A stretch of DNA of 35,689 nucleotides from NCBI GenBank assembly GCA_964469225.1, contig CAYXYC010000002.1, positions 1 through 35,689 on the forward strand, given 5' to 3'. This document shows, one piece after another, positions 23,729-33,379 of the stretch. Numbering within the stretch: position 1 is the first letter of the stretch; every line of letters starts with the position of its first letter. The position numbers were made by a program, and so were the translations under genes. The notes beneath the pieces are model-generated. The model saw nothing but the letters and a program-made list of their open reading frames with translations. It was not told the DNA's origin and did not search any database. This DNA is from an uncultured Candidatus Saccharibacteria bacterium (GTDB lineage Bacteria > Patescibacteriota > Minisyncoccia > Phycocordibacterales > UBA9973).

Positions 23729-26455
23729 ATGGAAAACTTGAATCCGAGCACAATGCCAAAATTCAAAACTCCTGAAGAGGAGCTCGCTTTTTTGCGTGCA
23801 CATATTGCTGAGAGGGAAAGAGCGTTTGCTGAGACGGGAGCGAATCGTTCACGAGAAGAAATTGCCCACGAAGTTATTTCCGAATACAAACAACATTCAC
23901 CAGAAACAGTGCTCCACAAAGAAGCAGTCATAAAAAATGCTGATACCGAGAATCTAGTCCTTCGTCTTCACCCAGAACCGCACGATAATAAAATGGAAGA
24001 AATGCTCGCAATCTTATTAGACAAAGGTATTTCAAATGCACTGTCTATTGTTGCCAAAATGAACAATCCACATCTTGATGATGACTTTCATCGTTTTCTT
24101 GTTCAGTACCTTGCAAGTACTCATGGTATTCCAGGATTAAAGGAGGGGATGCCACTTTGGAAAACACTTGATATGAAATTGTTTGAAATTACACTTCCTG
24201 ATGCATCAGATAATGAAAATACAAAAAAGAACTTGAAAGAGTTACTATCTGCTATGGAGCAGTTTTATGCTGGTATGCATTCTGTTGGCGAAAGTCGTCA
24301 AAATTATAATCGAAGTCATTTCACTCTTGAAATTGCACTCGCTGAAGGAACTGATCATTTTGTTTTTTATGTATCAGTACCGTCTCATAAATCTGATTTG
24401 TTTGAAAAGCAATTACTTGGTGTTCATCCTGATGCAAAAATCATTGAAGTGCCAGATGATTATAATATTTTTTCTGATTCTGGGGTTGTCGTCGGTTCAT
24501 ACGCAAAACTTGCTGACCAGCAGGTTTTCCCGATTAAACTCTATGATGCACTTGATCACGACCCAATGAATATCATTCTTAATAATTTCACAAAGTTGAA
24601 AAAGACAGGTGAGGGTGCATCTATTCAGTTTACGATTTGCCCGGAAGATGATGAAATTATTAAAAAATTTCATACAATTCTTTCTGATGTAAAAGAAGGC
24701 ATGTCTGTGAAAACTGCATCTAGCGTAAGTCGGCAAGTTACCAAGGAATTTACGTCGATTGCCAAAGAACTGATTTTTGGACCGAAGAAAGAAAAAGAAA
24801 AGAAAATAAACGAGTCTCATGTTGAATATATAACCGAGAAAATGAAAAGTACTATTCAGGCATCTACGATTCGCATTGTTGCGTCGGCTGAATCAAGTAT
24901 TCGTGCTAAACAAATTCTCGGTGAAATTGAATCATCCTTCAATCAATTTACTGAGGCGAATCGTAATGGTTTTAACTTTGTTCATCCAGAAGGAGCAGAT
25001 TTACAGAAACTTATCCATGATTTTTCATTCCGTACTTTTTCTGATGAATATGCCATGCCACTTAATCTGAAAGAATTGGCAACAATTTTCCACTTCCCAT
25101 ACGGTATTGTTTCTCCTCAACTAAAACAAGCAAAAGCAGGTATTGCGCCAGCGCCTATGGAGATAGGCACCGAGGGTGTTGTACTTGGAGTAAATGATTA
25201 TCGCGGTAAAGAAACAAAGATTCATTTTGCGAATGAAGACCGCATGCGCCATCTCTATGTGATTGGTCAGACAGGTACTGGCAAGACGACAATTATGAAA
25301 AATATGATTGCGCAAGACATCATTGCTGGGCATGGTGTTTGCTATATTGACCCACACGGTACGGATATTCAGGATATTTTGAGTTATATTCCTCGGGAGC
25401 GTCTTGATGATGTTATTTATTTTGATCCAGCATATACAGCACGACCAATGGGACTCAACATGCTCGAATATGATGCGCGTTATCCTGAACAAAAGACATT
25501 CGTCGTAAACGAATTGATGAATATCTTTAATAAATTGTTTGACATGAAGACCTCCGGCGGTCCGATGTTTGAACAATACTTTAAAAACTCGGCATTTCTC
25601 GTTATGGAACATCCAGAATCCGGCTCGACATTGCTTGAAATCGGTCGCGTTCTTTCCGATAAAGCGTTTCGTGAGATGAAATTGTCTCATTGTAAGAATC
25701 CAATCATTACGCAATTTTGGAGAAATGCCGAGCAAACGACTGGTGATCAATCTCTTGCGAACTTCGTACCATATATCACATCAAAGTTTGATAACTTTAT
25801 TTCAAACGATATTATGCGCCCTGTTGTCTTGCAAGAGAAATCAATTTTCAATTTCCGCGAGATTATGGATAACAAGAAAATCTTGCTTGTGAATTTGTCG
25901 AAAGGCCGTCTCGGTGATATTAATGCGAACCTTATCGGACTTTTGATTGTGAATAAGATTCAAATGGCGGCTTTGTCGCGCGTTGATATGTACGGCAAGC
26001 AAATGGAGGATTTCTTCTTGTATATTGATGAGTTCCAAAATGTGACGACAGATTCAATTGAATCAATTCTTTCTGAGGCGCGTAAGTACCGATTATCACT
26101 TACCGTTGCTCACCAATACATTTCGCAACTCGAAGACAATATTAAAAATGCTGTGTTCGGTAATGTGGGTTCAATGGCAGTGTTCCGTGTCGGTGCTGAA
26201 GATGCGCAATTTCTCGAAAGTAAATTCAAGCCAACATTTACAGCATCAGATATTATGAAAATTGAAAATCGCAATGCTTATATGTCAATGCTAGTGCATG
26301 GTCAGCCAACGAAGCCGTTTAATATGGCTACATTTCCTCCACCAGAAGGTAATCGTGACGCCGTGGAGTCAATCAAAGAACTTTCATATCTCAAATATGG
26401 TCGCGATCGCGCCGAAGTCGAAGAGGAAATACTGGGGAAGTATAAGCCGAATTAG
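23729..26455 (+). CDS. TraD/VirD4/TrwB-like (FtsK-HerA superfamily) P-loop ATPase with a ~480-aa unassigned N-terminal region
   Basis: Walker A 'GQTGTGKTT' (nt 25265-25291) followed by 'YIDPHG'. Walker B 'FFLYIDEFQN'. 'EARKYRLSLTVAHQY' resembles the TraG/TraD C-terminal module. No obvious TM helices. Confidence 0.75.
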   Translation: MENLNPSTMPKFKTPEEELAFLRAHIAERERAFAETGANRSREEIAHEVISEYKQHSPETVLHKEAVIKNADTENLVLRLHPEPHDNKMEEMLAILLDKGISNALSIVAKMNNPHLDDDFHRFLVQYLASTHGIPGLKEGMPLWKTLDMKLFEITLPDASDNENTKKNLKELLSAMEQFYAGMHSVGESRQNYNRSHFTLEIALAEGTDHFVFYVSVPSHKSDLFEKQLLGVHPDAKIIEVPDDYNIFSDSGVVVGSYAKLADQQVFPIKLYDALDHDPMNIILNNFTKLKKTGEGASIQFTICPEDDEIIKKFHTILSDVKEGMSVKTASSVSRQVTKEFTSIAKELIFGPKKEKEKKINESHVEYITEKMKSTIQASTIRIVASAESSIRAKQILGEIESSFNQFTEANRNGFNFVHPEGADLQKLIHDFSFRTFSDEYAMPLNLKELATIFHFPYGIVSPQLKQAKAGIAPAPMEIGTEGVVLGVNDYRGKETKIHFANEDRMRHLYVIGQTGTGKTTIMKNMIAQDIIAGHGVCYIDPHGTDIQDILSYIPRERLDDVIYFDPAYTARPMGLNMLEYDARYPEQKTFVVNELMNIFNKLFDMKTSGGPMFEQYFKNSAFLVMEHPESGSTLLEIGRVLSDKAFREMKLSHCKNPIITQFWRNAEQTTGDQSLANFVPYITSKFDNFISNDIMRPVVLQEKSIFNFREIMDNKKILLVNLSKGRLGDINANLIGLLIVNKIQMAALSRVDMYGKQMEDFFLYIDEFQNVTTDSIESILSEARKYRLSLTVAHQYISQLEDNIKNAVFGNVGSMAVFRVGAEDAQFLESKFKPTFTASDIMKIENRNAYMSMLVHGQPTKPFNMATFPPPEGNRDAVESIKELSYLKYGRDRAEVEEEILGKYKPN

Positions 26456-26456
26456 G

Positions 26457-26500
26457 AAATGCCCCGTTCCAACCAGTCGGAACGGGGCATTTGTTTTCGG
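26457..26500 (+). terminator. intrinsic terminator
   Basis: 14-bp stem aaatgccccgttcc/ggaacggggcattt followed by a T-rich tail. Confidence 0.75.
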
Positions 26501-26553
26501 TATCTTTTTCTGTTATGATTCCCCTATTATTCGCTCATTTTTATGTTTATTCT

Positions 26554-27027
26554 ATGAATCCTATACAAGAAAAATCACTTATTATTATAAAGCCAGATGC
26601 TGTTCAACGAAATCTTATCGGTGAAATTACAAGTCGTATTGAACGAAAAGGCCTTAAAATCATCGGTCTCAAAATGATGAGTATCAAGGATGCTGTACTC
26701 GAAGAACACTATGCTCACATTGTGGACAAGCCATTCTTCCCAGGCATTCGCGATTTTATGAAATCATCTCCTGTTGTTGTCATGGCAGTTGAGGGCATCA
26801 ATGCGGTCTCTGCTCTTAGACTTCTTGTTGGCCCAACAAAAGCATGGGAAGCAAATGCAGGTACTATTCGCGGAGACTTCTCTCTTTCAACACAATCAAA
26901 CATTGTTCATGCGTCTGATTCAGTAGAAAATGGTGAAATTGAAGTAAAACGCTTCTTTGCATCAGAAGAAATTTTCTCATATCAGAAAATTGATACTGAT
27001 TTTATTTACGCAGAGCATAAAAAATAA
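26554..27027 (+). CDS. ndk: nucleoside diphosphate kinase
   Basis: 'EKSLIIIKPDAVQR' and active-site 'NIVHASDS'. Start trimmed from 26491, which overlaps the upstream terminator, to the ATG at 26554. Confidence 0.93.
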   Translation: MNPIQEKSLIIIKPDAVQRNLIGEITSRIERKGLKIIGLKMMSIKDAVLEEHYAHIVDKPFFPGIRDFMKSSPVVVMAVEGINAVSALRLLVGPTKAWEANAGTIRGDFSLSTQSNIVHASDSVENGEIEVKRFFASEEIFSYQKIDTDFIYAEHKK

Positions 27028-27089
27028 TATTTTTAGCAAATTATATTTGAAACTCTGTCAAAATTGTGTTTTTGTGAATAAAAAACTTG

Positions 27090-27310
27090 CGTGCCGTATT
27101 GAGAAGAGTATAGTGAAAGTAGGGTTATCGACGATGCATTATCTAGAACACTTTTTGTAGGGGATATCGTGTTGTCGTTCGGTGCTGTACGCATTATTAT
27201 AGTGAACAAATCCGTACGATTCATAATCCCACCTAGCATTTCGCTACGGTAATCGTCTGTTGATAGTCCTAATAAAGAATTCTCTACCTTTTGGTCGAGG
27301 ATTTTTTATT
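27090..27310 (+). ncRNA. candidate structured small RNA, class unknown
   Basis: About 345 nt of non-coding DNA between ndk and the next gene. Possible promoter TGTCAA-17-TAAAAA (27056-27084). Long-range complementarity (27124-27136 with 27251-27268, 27158-27165 with 27226-27236, gtacg/cgtac 27187/27213). Terminator-like hairpin tctctacc/ggtcgagg plus a T-run at 27281-27312. The downstream gene has its own TGTATAAT at 27336-27343. Confidence 0.3.
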
Positions 27311-27374
27311 TTATTTCGGTTATTTCGTTCTTTCCGTGTATAATAAAGACATATTCATAAACTTTATTACTCTG

Positions 27375-28757
27375 ATGACGAATGATAAAAATCTAAAAGT
27401 AACATTTTGCGCAGGCGCAGGTACTGTAACAGGTGCTAATTTTCTCATTGAGGGTAATGGCAAGAAATTTCTCGTTGATTGCGGACTCGTTCAAGATACA
27501 AAAATTGCTGATGAAGTAAACTGGGAACCATTTCCATATAATCCTGCTGAAATAGACATTCTTTTTATTACTCATGCTCATATTGACCATATTGGTCGTA
27601 TTCCAAAGCTTGTGAATGATGGTTTTAAAGGTAAAATTGTTTCTACTATTCCAACAAAAGACATTTCTGGGGAAATGTTGATTGATACAATTCAGATACT
27701 TTCTCATGATAAGGATCATAATCTTGAGGAAATGTACAATCTCGATATGCTTAAAAAGGTATTTGATATGTGGGAGGCGATTGATTACCATCAAGTTTTG
27801 AATGTTGATCACGGATTTCAGTTCTCATACAAAGATTCTGGACATATCTTGGGTTCAGGAATGCTTAAAATTGTTTATAACGATACAGAAATTATTTTCA
27901 CAGGCGACCTCGGAAATTCGCCATCACCGATTATTCGCGATACCGAAGAGCTTAATCAAGCTAACTATCTAATTATGGAATCTGTCTATGGTGATCGTAA
28001 TCACGAAGACCGAGAAGTTCGTAAAGAGAAATTCAAGAAAATAATAATGGATAATTATCATCGCAAGGGGACACTAATTATCCCGACGTTTTCTCTTGAA
28101 CGCGCGCAAGAACTTCTTTTTGAAATTGATTTATTGATTGAAAAAAAAGAAATTCCTGTAATGCCTATATTTCTCGATTCACCACTTGCGATTAAATTGA
28201 CAAAAGTTTACAAGAAACATGAGCGATATTTTAACGATATGGCAAAAAAGATTATTGACGGTGGTGATGACATTTTCAATTTCCCTGGACTCAAACAAAC
28301 CGAACAAACTCAAGATTCAAAGGATATTTTACATATTCCGAACCCGAAAATTATTATGGCAGGTAGTGGAATGTCCAACGGTGGACGCATTATTCATCAT
28401 GAGAAAAACTATCTTCCCGATCCAAACAACACGATACTTCTCGTTGGGTATCAGTCGGCGGGAACACTGGGACGACTTATTCAAAATGGTCAAAAAACAC
28501 TTCATATTCAAGGAGAAGATATTCCTCTTCGTGCTCATGTTGAAATGATTAGTGGATATTCTGGACACAAAGATTCAGATCACTTACTTGAATTTGTTTC
28601 TAAAACTGCGCACACGCTCAAAAAAGTATTTGTTGTTATGGGTGAACCAAAATCAGCAATGTTTCTCGCGCAAAAACTTCATGACAATCTTGGTGTTGAT
28701 GTTGTAACGCCTGACGCCGGTGATACTGCCATTCTTGAGTGTATTCCCAAAAAATAG
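27375..28757 (+). CDS. metallo-beta-lactamase / beta-CASP family ribonuclease
   Basis: 'HAHIDHIGRIP' (HxHxDH), 'DSGHILGS', 'ESVYGDR' and 'SGYSGHKD' beta-CASP motifs. Start trimmed to the ATG at 27375 (MTNDKNLKVTF). Confidence 0.85.
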   Translation: MTNDKNLKVTFCAGAGTVTGANFLIEGNGKKFLVDCGLVQDTKIADEVNWEPFPYNPAEIDILFITHAHIDHIGRIPKLVNDGFKGKIVSTIPTKDISGEMLIDTIQILSHDKDHNLEEMYNLDMLKKVFDMWEAIDYHQVLNVDHGFQFSYKDSGHILGSGMLKIVYNDTEIIFTGDLGNSPSPIIRDTEELNQANYLIMESVYGDRNHEDREVRKEKFKKIIMDNYHRKGTLIIPTFSLERAQELLFEIDLLIEKKEIPVMPIFLDSPLAIKLTKVYKKHERYFNDMAKKIIDGGDDIFNFPGLKQTEQTQDSKDILHIPNPKIIMAGSGMSNGGRIIHHEKNYLPDPNNTILLVGYQSAGTLGRLIQNGQKTLHIQGEDIPLRAHVEMISGYSGHKDSDHLLEFVSKTAHTLKKVFVVMGEPKSAMFLAQKLHDNLGVDVVTPDAGDTAILECIPKK

Positions 28758-28772
28758 TTTTTAAATATTTTA

Positions 28773-29396
28773 ATGATTAAAAATAGAAAAACAGAATATC
28801 TTTGTTATAACGGTCCTATTGGTAACGGCGATGCTCATAATCACCTCAAGATTAAAATTGGTATTTCTGGCGCAGCAGAAACAGGAACATGTGGGATTCA
28901 TGCTCTTGATCAATCAAAAGAACTCGGCAGAGAGGTTGTCAGGCAAGGAGGTGTCTTGGTTACGGGCGCATCAACAGGATTTCCATTATGGAGTGCAATG
29001 GGTGCAAAAGAAGAACATGGAATTGCGATTGGTCTTTCTCCTGCGTCAAACGAACGAGAACATGTAGAGACATATCGGCTTCCACTTGATTATCTTGACC
29101 TCATTATTTATACCGGATTTGGTTTTCCAGGCAGGGATTTACTTTTTACTCGTAGCGTTGATGCGGTGATTATTGGTTGTGGACGAATAGGCACAGTGCA
29201 TGAATTTACTATTGCATTTGAGGATGGTAAGCCGATTGGTGTGCTTGAGGGTGAATGGACAATGGCACAAACAATTCGTGATATTATTACTCGCGCCAAT
29301 CGTCCTAATGATAAAATTGTTTTTGATTCCGACCCGAAAAAGCTTGTAGAGAAAGTGATTGGACTCATAGAAAAAGACAAAAAAATTCGCGAATAA
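28773..29396 (+). CDS. LOG/TIGR00725-like Rossmann-fold nucleotide-binding protein
   Basis: 'IGISGAA..G' and 'GGVLVTGASTG' glycine-rich loops, plus 'AVIIGCGRIGTVHEF' (PGGxGTxxE-like). Confidence 0.6.
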   Translation: MIKNRKTEYLCYNGPIGNGDAHNHLKIKIGISGAAETGTCGIHALDQSKELGREVVRQGGVLVTGASTGFPLWSAMGAKEEHGIAIGLSPASNEREHVETYRLPLDYLDLIIYTGFGFPGRDLLFTRSVDAVIIGCGRIGTVHEFTIAFEDGKPIGVLEGEWTMAQTIRDIITRANRPNDKIVFDSDPKKLVEKVIGLIEKDKKIRE

Positions 29397-29492
29397 CCCG
29401 CGAATTTTTTTTGTCTTTATGCACATTTCTTTCTTGCTTGAATTGTATTATAATAAAAGGGTAATATCTCATTCCGTATTCTATGTTGTCGT

Positions 29493-30401
29493 ATGAAAAA
29501 TTCATTTTTTACATTTATTAAAACTCATTGGTCACGAATACTTTCAGTTGCATTTTTTGTCTTCTTAAGTGGTGTCTACATGTATATTTTTGCTGTTGGT
29601 CCGTTTGCACCAGGAGAAAAACTTGATCCAGAATGTCGCCCAACAGATAGTGGTTGTACGGTTGATCTTGGTTTAACCTATACAAATTCAACTCCAACTC
29701 TTTCTGCTATTGGTGGTGTTTCAGCTGGTTCAACATTTAGTGGAAAAACTCTCCAAGAAATGTTTGATGATTTACTGTACCCATACACTGTTCCTACTAT
29801 TACTCTTTCCGTTTCTCCTTCCGCTGGTCTTCGTGAATTTGGTAATGATGTGACAAGTGTTGACTTAACAGCAACAACAACAAAACAATCCGATACGCTT
29901 ACCTCAGTAGTTTTCAAACGCGACGGAGTTGCTATTGATACAAATACGCCTCCAGCATCACCAGCAGGTGGAACAGAGACATATACCGAACCAACAGATG
30001 TTACAACTACAACAACATTCACGGCAACAGTAAATGACGGTACAACAGTTGTTACTTCAAATAGTCAGACATATACATTTGTATATGCTTATTACTACGG
30101 TGTCGGGGCACAAGGTCTTACCGGTGCGCAAATTGCAGGATTAACAAAGTCCGTTATTGGAAATACTTCTTCGGTGGCATTTACTTCATCTCCAAGTAGT
30201 CAGGTATTTTATTTCGCTTACCCCGCATCATACCCAGCTCTCACTTCTATTCTTGATAATAGTGGGTTCCAAACAATAGCTGATTACACAGTAAGTACGA
30301 CATCAATTACAAATGCTTATGGACAATCAACAACATACAGAGTGTATGAATATAACAATGTAACAACACAAACATCATTTACTAATACATTCATTCAATA
30401 A
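29493..30401 (+). CDS. membrane-anchored Thr-rich extracellular protein (302 aa)
   Basis: N-terminal TM helix (ILSVAFFVFLSGVYMYIFAV). Its stop overlaps the start of the next gene by 1 nt (TAATG), implying co-translation with the fibre protein. Confidence 0.6.
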   Translation: MKNSFFTFIKTHWSRILSVAFFVFLSGVYMYIFAVGPFAPGEKLDPECRPTDSGCTVDLGLTYTNSTPTLSAIGGVSAGSTFSGKTLQEMFDDLLYPYTVPTITLSVSPSAGLREFGNDVTSVDLTATTTKQSDTLTSVVFKRDGVAIDTNTPPASPAGGTETYTEPTDVTTTTTFTATVNDGTTVVTSNSQTYTFVYAYYYGVGAQGLTGAQIAGLTKSVIGNTSSVAFTSSPSSQVFYFAYPASYPALTSILDNSGFQTIADYTVSTTSITNAYGQSTTYRVYEYNNVTTQTSFTNTFIQ

Positions 30402-33322
30402 TGCGTAAATCAATTATCGTCACTAGAATATTCACTATTTTTGCAATCATAGGATTGCTCGGTGGATTTGCGTATCAAGTTTTTGCTGCGATCCCACTCG
30501 GTTCGAATTTTCAATTAAACTCTCAACTTCCTCTTGATGCACGAAGTGTTGCAACAACAATCACAACTAGAAATGCAATTTCTTCAGGTTCTCGGTATGA
30601 AGGTATGGTTGTTTATGTTATTGATTCTGATGGCGCTGGTAATCCAGCAACCTATCAATTACAAAATGGTATTACCAACAGCGACTGGGTAGAATTTGGA
30701 AGTGGTGCTGGGTCGGGGACAGTGACATCAGTTTCAGTGAGTACAGCCAATGGTGTTTCTGGTTCGGTTGCGAACAATACCACAACTCCTGCAATTACAC
30801 TTACGCTTGGTGCTATTACTCCTTCAAGTGTAAATGGTCTAACTCTAACTGCAGGCGGAACTGGGTTTTCAATAGCAGGAGGAACAACATCAAAGACACT
30901 TACTGTTTCTAATACTCTCACACTTGCGGGGACTGATAGCTCAACACTTAACATTGGTGCTGGGGGAACACTTGGTACAGGAGCGTTTGCTGCGCTTGGT
31001 GCAACGCGTGCTCTCGATAACCTTGCATCTGTTGCTATAAACACTTCTCTTATTTCAGATACTGACAATACAGATGCTCTAGGTTCTGCTACAATCGGTT
31101 GGTCAGATCTCTTTTTAGGTAACGGGTCAGTGATTACATGGTCAACAGCACCTTCGACTTCTGATCTTACACTTACTCATTCATCAAATGCCCTTACTCT
31201 TGCTGGTGGTTCACTTGTTCTTCCGAATGCTGGTCTTACTGTTGGTGCATCAGTTCCATTTAGTGATTCATCAGGAACACTTACACTTCAAAATGTTGAT
31301 GTACTTGATACAACAACAGAGGGAACTATTGAAGGGGCTATTGATACACTTGATAACTTGAATCGGATTCAGACACGCACTGTCTTGTTTGGCGGAGATT
31401 TCTCTACTGCCGGTGCGTTTACTACCGCTGGTGCATTTGCTCTTACTCTTACATCAACAGCCACAACAAATGTCACCTTGCCGACATCAGGAACACTTTA
31501 TGGCACGGCAACCGGCTCAATAACTTCATCCCAGCTTGCTACATCTCTCACAGACGAGACAGGTTCTGGGCTCGCAGTTTTTGACACTACTCCAACATTC
31601 ACTACAAACATAACTGCACCACTTGTTATTGGTGGTACAGGAACTACTTCGACGCTTACTTTCAAAACGACTTCAGGTGTAGGTACAACAAATGCCGACA
31701 TGATTTTCCAAGTTGGGAATGATGGTGCGACCGAAGCCATGCGTATTTTAAATAGTGGAAGTATCGGTATCGGCACCGCAAGCCCTTCATCGAAGTTAGA
31801 TATTACGACGAATACTTTAAACCAAACACAAACAACATCTTCTGGGTTAGCGCTTGTAAACACAACTGCGGCAGTAACTAATACACAACAAGTTTCCCCA
31901 GCAATAAGATGGCATGGAAGTGGATGGAGAGGTGCAACCTCTGCTGCTGTTGATTTTGATTTTCGTTCTTATGTTACTCCAGTTAAAACAACAGGAATTA
32001 GTTCAACCGCTTATCTTGGCTTTGGTTCATCAGTTGCAGGAGGAACATATAATGATGGTCAATTCATAATTAACTCTCTTGGAAATGTTGCAGTTGGAAC
32101 AGTAACACCAGTTGGATTATTCCAAGTAACACAACCAGGTATTGGTCCTGGTGTTGCTTCAACAACAGCTTCAAGTACAACAGTAAGTGGCATACATACT
32201 AATTTTCTAAATTCATTTAGAATCGGAGACACAATTACTATCAATGGAGAAACACGAACTATTTCAGCAATTGCTGGCAATGAATCAATGACAACAGATG
32301 CATGGACAGCTACAAACACTGACGCTAGTTATTCTGTTGGTAATACTGGTAGCCGTTTTATTATTAAGGGAAATGGATTTATGGGTACCAACTCAACTGA
32401 TATTACCGCCCGTCTGGATATCCAAGAGAATTATGGTTCTGGTAATGGTGCAGGATTGGGTTATGTGGCGAAATTCTTTAATGACGGTAATAATGCTGAT
32501 AGATTAGGTTTACAGGTACAAGCAGGAGAGGATTCCGGTACTGGAACACTCATACAATTCAGAGACGGAGATGGTACTGATGTTGGTGAGATTACTTTCT
32601 CTGGTACAACTGCTACATACGGTACAAGTTCAGATCGTCGTATGAAGGATAATATTATAGATACAAGGTACACCTTACAAGATCTTCTAAACATACAAGT
32701 TCGAGATTATACTTTCAATACGGAAAATTCTGGTCGTGTATATACTGGTTTCATTGCGCAGGATTTGAAAAATATTTATCCTGATGCTGTGTTTGCTCCT
32801 GATGATGGTATTACTGCAAACAATCCAAAGATGTGGTCTGTTGATTATGGAAAGATTACTCCTTTGATTGTTAAATCAATTCAGGATTTAAATCTTAAAA
32901 TCGAAGGGTTTAAATCTCTCAACCCTGATGAACCAGAATCACTCGGTTCACTTATCAAACAATTCCTCGCTGATAATATTCTTGCTATTAAAGAACTTAC
33001 CGCTTCCGTTCTCCGTATTAATGGCGAAGTTTGTGTAGACGATGTCTGTGTAACCAAAGACCAATTCAAAGCACTCTTGCAGAGTGCCGGTGGAACATCA
33101 AATCTCGTAAGTCCTCCAGCAGATTCTGGAACGGGCGGAGGTATCGATGTGGGAACTGGAGGAGATGTAACTACTGGCGAAGACCAATCTTCTGGCAGTA
33201 CAGAAACTCCTCCCTCTGATGTTTCTGGCGGAAGTGGTACCGATATACCTCCAGCAGATGGAGGGTCAAGCACAACAGATACTCCACCAGCCGATATTCC
33301 TCAAGCAGAACCTCAAATATAA
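30401..33322 (+). CDS. large secreted tail-fibre-like protein (973 aa) with a peptidase S74 intramolecular-chaperone domain and a P/G/T/S-rich C-terminal tail
   Basis: Signal/anchor IFTIFAIIGLLGGFAYQVFA. 'GSIGIGTASPSSKLDI' fibre motif. From nt 32627 'SSDRRMKDNIID..VRDYTF..GFIAQDL', an S74 pattern. Low-complexity tail from about 33100 to 33322. Confidence 0.75.
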   Translation: MRKSIIVTRIFTIFAIIGLLGGFAYQVFAAIPLGSNFQLNSQLPLDARSVATTITTRNAISSGSRYEGMVVYVIDSDGAGNPATYQLQNGITNSDWVEFGSGAGSGTVTSVSVSTANGVSGSVANNTTTPAITLTLGAITPSSVNGLTLTAGGTGFSIAGGTTSKTLTVSNTLTLAGTDSSTLNIGAGGTLGTGAFAALGATRALDNLASVAINTSLISDTDNTDALGSATIGWSDLFLGNGSVITWSTAPSTSDLTLTHSSNALTLAGGSLVLPNAGLTVGASVPFSDSSGTLTLQNVDVLDTTTEGTIEGAIDTLDNLNRIQTRTVLFGGDFSTAGAFTTAGAFALTLTSTATTNVTLPTSGTLYGTATGSITSSQLATSLTDETGSGLAVFDTTPTFTTNITAPLVIGGTGTTSTLTFKTTSGVGTTNADMIFQVGNDGATEAMRILNSGSIGIGTASPSSKLDITTNTLNQTQTTSSGLALVNTTAAVTNTQQVSPAIRWHGSGWRGATSAAVDFDFRSYVTPVKTTGISSTAYLGFGSSVAGGTYNDGQFIINSLGNVAVGTVTPVGLFQVTQPGIGPGVASTTASSTTVSGIHTNFLNSFRIGDTITINGETRTISAIAGNESMTTDAWTATNTDASYSVGNTGSRFIIKGNGFMGTNSTDITARLDIQENYGSGNGAGLGYVAKFFNDGNNADRLGLQVQAGEDSGTGTLIQFRDGDGTDVGEITFSGTTATYGTSSDRRMKDNIIDTRYTLQDLLNIQVRDYTFNTENSGRVYTGFIAQDLKNIYPDAVFAPDDGITANNPKMWSVDYGKITPLIVKSIQDLNLKIEGFKSLNPDEPESLGSLIKQFLADNILAIKELTASVLRINGEVCVDDVCVTKDQFKALLQSAGGTSNLVSPPADSGTGGGIDVGTGGDVTTGEDQSSGSTETPPSDVSGGSGTDIPPADGGSSTTDTPPADIPQAEPQI

Positions 33323-33355
33323 AAATTCCCCTAGGTTGGACCTAGGGGAATTTTT
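33321..33355 (-). repeat. REP-like palindrome, copy 5 (loop tgg), acting as bidirectional terminator between the fibre gene and rplT
   Basis: aaaaattcccctaggttggacctaggggaattttt. Core 33328-33348 is identical to copy 2, and the A5/T5 flanks extend the stem. Confidence 0.9.
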
Positions 33356-33379
33356 ATTCTACTTACCACTAACTACTTT

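Noticed and set aside
27090-27310. T-box, tmRNA, RNase P or SRP identity for the ndk-downstream non-coding unit
   Set aside because: I could not find the defining motifs: no T-box GGGTGGTACCGCG-like box on the relevant strand, no tRNA-like 3' end or tag ORF, no P4 GAGGAAAGTCC motif, and no SRP GNAR-loop with AGCA/GGAA symmetric loop. It is left as an unclassified candidate.
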